A DNA stretch of 64,000 nt, taken from positions 11,346,001-11,410,000 of the forward strand of contig OZ024756.1 of the NCBI GenBank assembly GCA_964016885.1, read 5' to 3'. Shown here one piece after another: positions 62,980 to 64,000 of this stretch (position 1 is the first letter of the stretch; every line of letters begins with the position of its first letter). The notes beneath the pieces were generated by a model. That model saw nothing but the letters and a program-made list of their open reading frames with translations, did not search any database and was not told the DNA's origin. This DNA is from Eledone cirrhosa (taxonomy: Eukaryota). The position numbers and the translations under genes were made by a program.

Positions 62980-64000
62980 CAGGGTGAGGACGATATTTGT
63001 TCGCAATTTTCAACTGCTAATTTTATGCAAATTTTTTTTACTTCCGTTGTCACTCTTGTCTTCATAAAAACAGTGTCTATATTTCCATTATTTATTTTCA
63101 GAATAATTGATTATGAATAATTTTGAACCTCCAAATTTGTGGAAGAGATACAAAGTTCTTCTTGGAATCTGCTCCAGGAAGACAAATAAAGAAATTTCAG
63201 ATTTTCTCAGTGTCAGCAGGAGAATGGTGGAAAAGGTCAGAAATCAATTGGAAGATTCAGGATTCGACTACGAAGCAACATCAGAGAGGAAAACACATGA
63301 TCGACGATCTGACGCCTTCAGAATGCCCGAGTTCGTCGCTGAAGTTCAGGATATTATCAACAATGAACCTAGCAAGTCGATGCATGCCATTGCAAGGGAG
63401 AAAGGCGTGGATGAAAAGCTCATTAGGCTGGTGGTACATGAAGACATTCGCTACGTTTCATACAAGATGAGGAAAGGACAATTTCTGTCAAAGGCGATGC
63501 AAGAAAAGCGACTGAAGCACTCAAAGAAGCTGATCAACAAGTTGAAACACCCACTGGAGCCAGACATGCTGTGGTTTTTATCCGACGAGAAAAACTTCTG
63601 CCAAGACCAGAAGATCAACTCCCAGAACAACAGGTGGCTCGCTGTATCATCCAAAGGCGTGCCCAGAGTCATGCAGACAAAGTTTCCCACAACAACATTG
63701 GTCTTAGGTGTCGTCAGCAGTCAAGGTGACGTCATGCCACCTCACTTCTTCCCTGAGGGCCTCAAGCTGAACACCGATGGCTACATCTGCATTCTGAGTG
63801 AGGTAGTAAAGCCCTGGATCGACCAGGTAGCTGCAGGTAGGCCGTACGTGTGGCAGCAAGACTCAGCGCCCTGCCATACCAGCCGAAAGACCGAAGCCTG
63901 GCTGTCAGATAACTTCGTCGACCACACTTCACCTGACATCTGGCCTCCCAGCTCGCCTGACTACAACCCCCTTGACTTCTTTGTGTGCAGCGCAGTGGAA
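62980..64000 (+). mobile_element. Tc1/mariner superfamily transposon, DD37D (maT) type, cut by window edge
   Basis: Starts TA|CAGGGTG; transposase ORF downstream. Confidence 0.88.
63248..64000 (+). CDS. DD37D transposase (partial; absent from ORF track)
   Basis: Manual translation: SMHAIARE..., WFLSDEKNF, WQQDSAPCHT, WPPSSPDYNPLDF; 37 residues between the second and third Asp; N-terminus appears damaged. Confidence 0.9.
   Translation, partial: MEDSGFDYEATSERKTHDRRSDAFRMPEFVAEVQDIINNEPSKSMHAIAREKGVDEKLIRLVVHEDIRYVSYKMRKGQFLSKAMQEKRLKHSKKLINKLKHPLEPDMLWFLSDEKNFCQDQKINSQNNRWLAVSSKGVPRVMQTKFPTTTLVLGVVSSQGDVMPPHFFPEGLKLNTDGYICILSEVVKPWIDQVAAGRPYVWQQDSAPCHTSRKTEAWLSDNFVDHTSPDIWPPSSPDYNPLDFFVCSAVE

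Overview
Eukaryotic, repeat-dominated DNA, probably from an octopus-like cephalopod (inferred from the SINE families and dense TA/CA/GA microsatellites). No host gene is confidently identifiable. About 35 kb (9134-44238) is an array of roughly 509 copies of a 69-bp unit. The array sits inside what looks like a non-autonomous Helitron (about 8603-44378, CTAG|T 3' end). It appears to be an amplified 23-codon STPR-like repeat from the N-terminus of the Helitron protein; the very long ORFs listed in the track are off-frame read-throughs. The array shows higher-order duplications of 4750, 2069 and 2622 bp. The flanks hold four Penelope-like retroelements (two Penelope/Poseidon-type RT+GIY-YIG, two Naiad-like), three with 5' inverted arms. 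They also hold several minimal hammerhead-ribozyme motifs (four with an unusual CCGNNGA core), short fold-back elements, two SINE families, RTE LINE 3' ends, 28-, 48- and 156-bp tandem repeats, and a DD37D (maT) transposase running off the right edge. All family assignments come from motif recognition by eye, not database searches.
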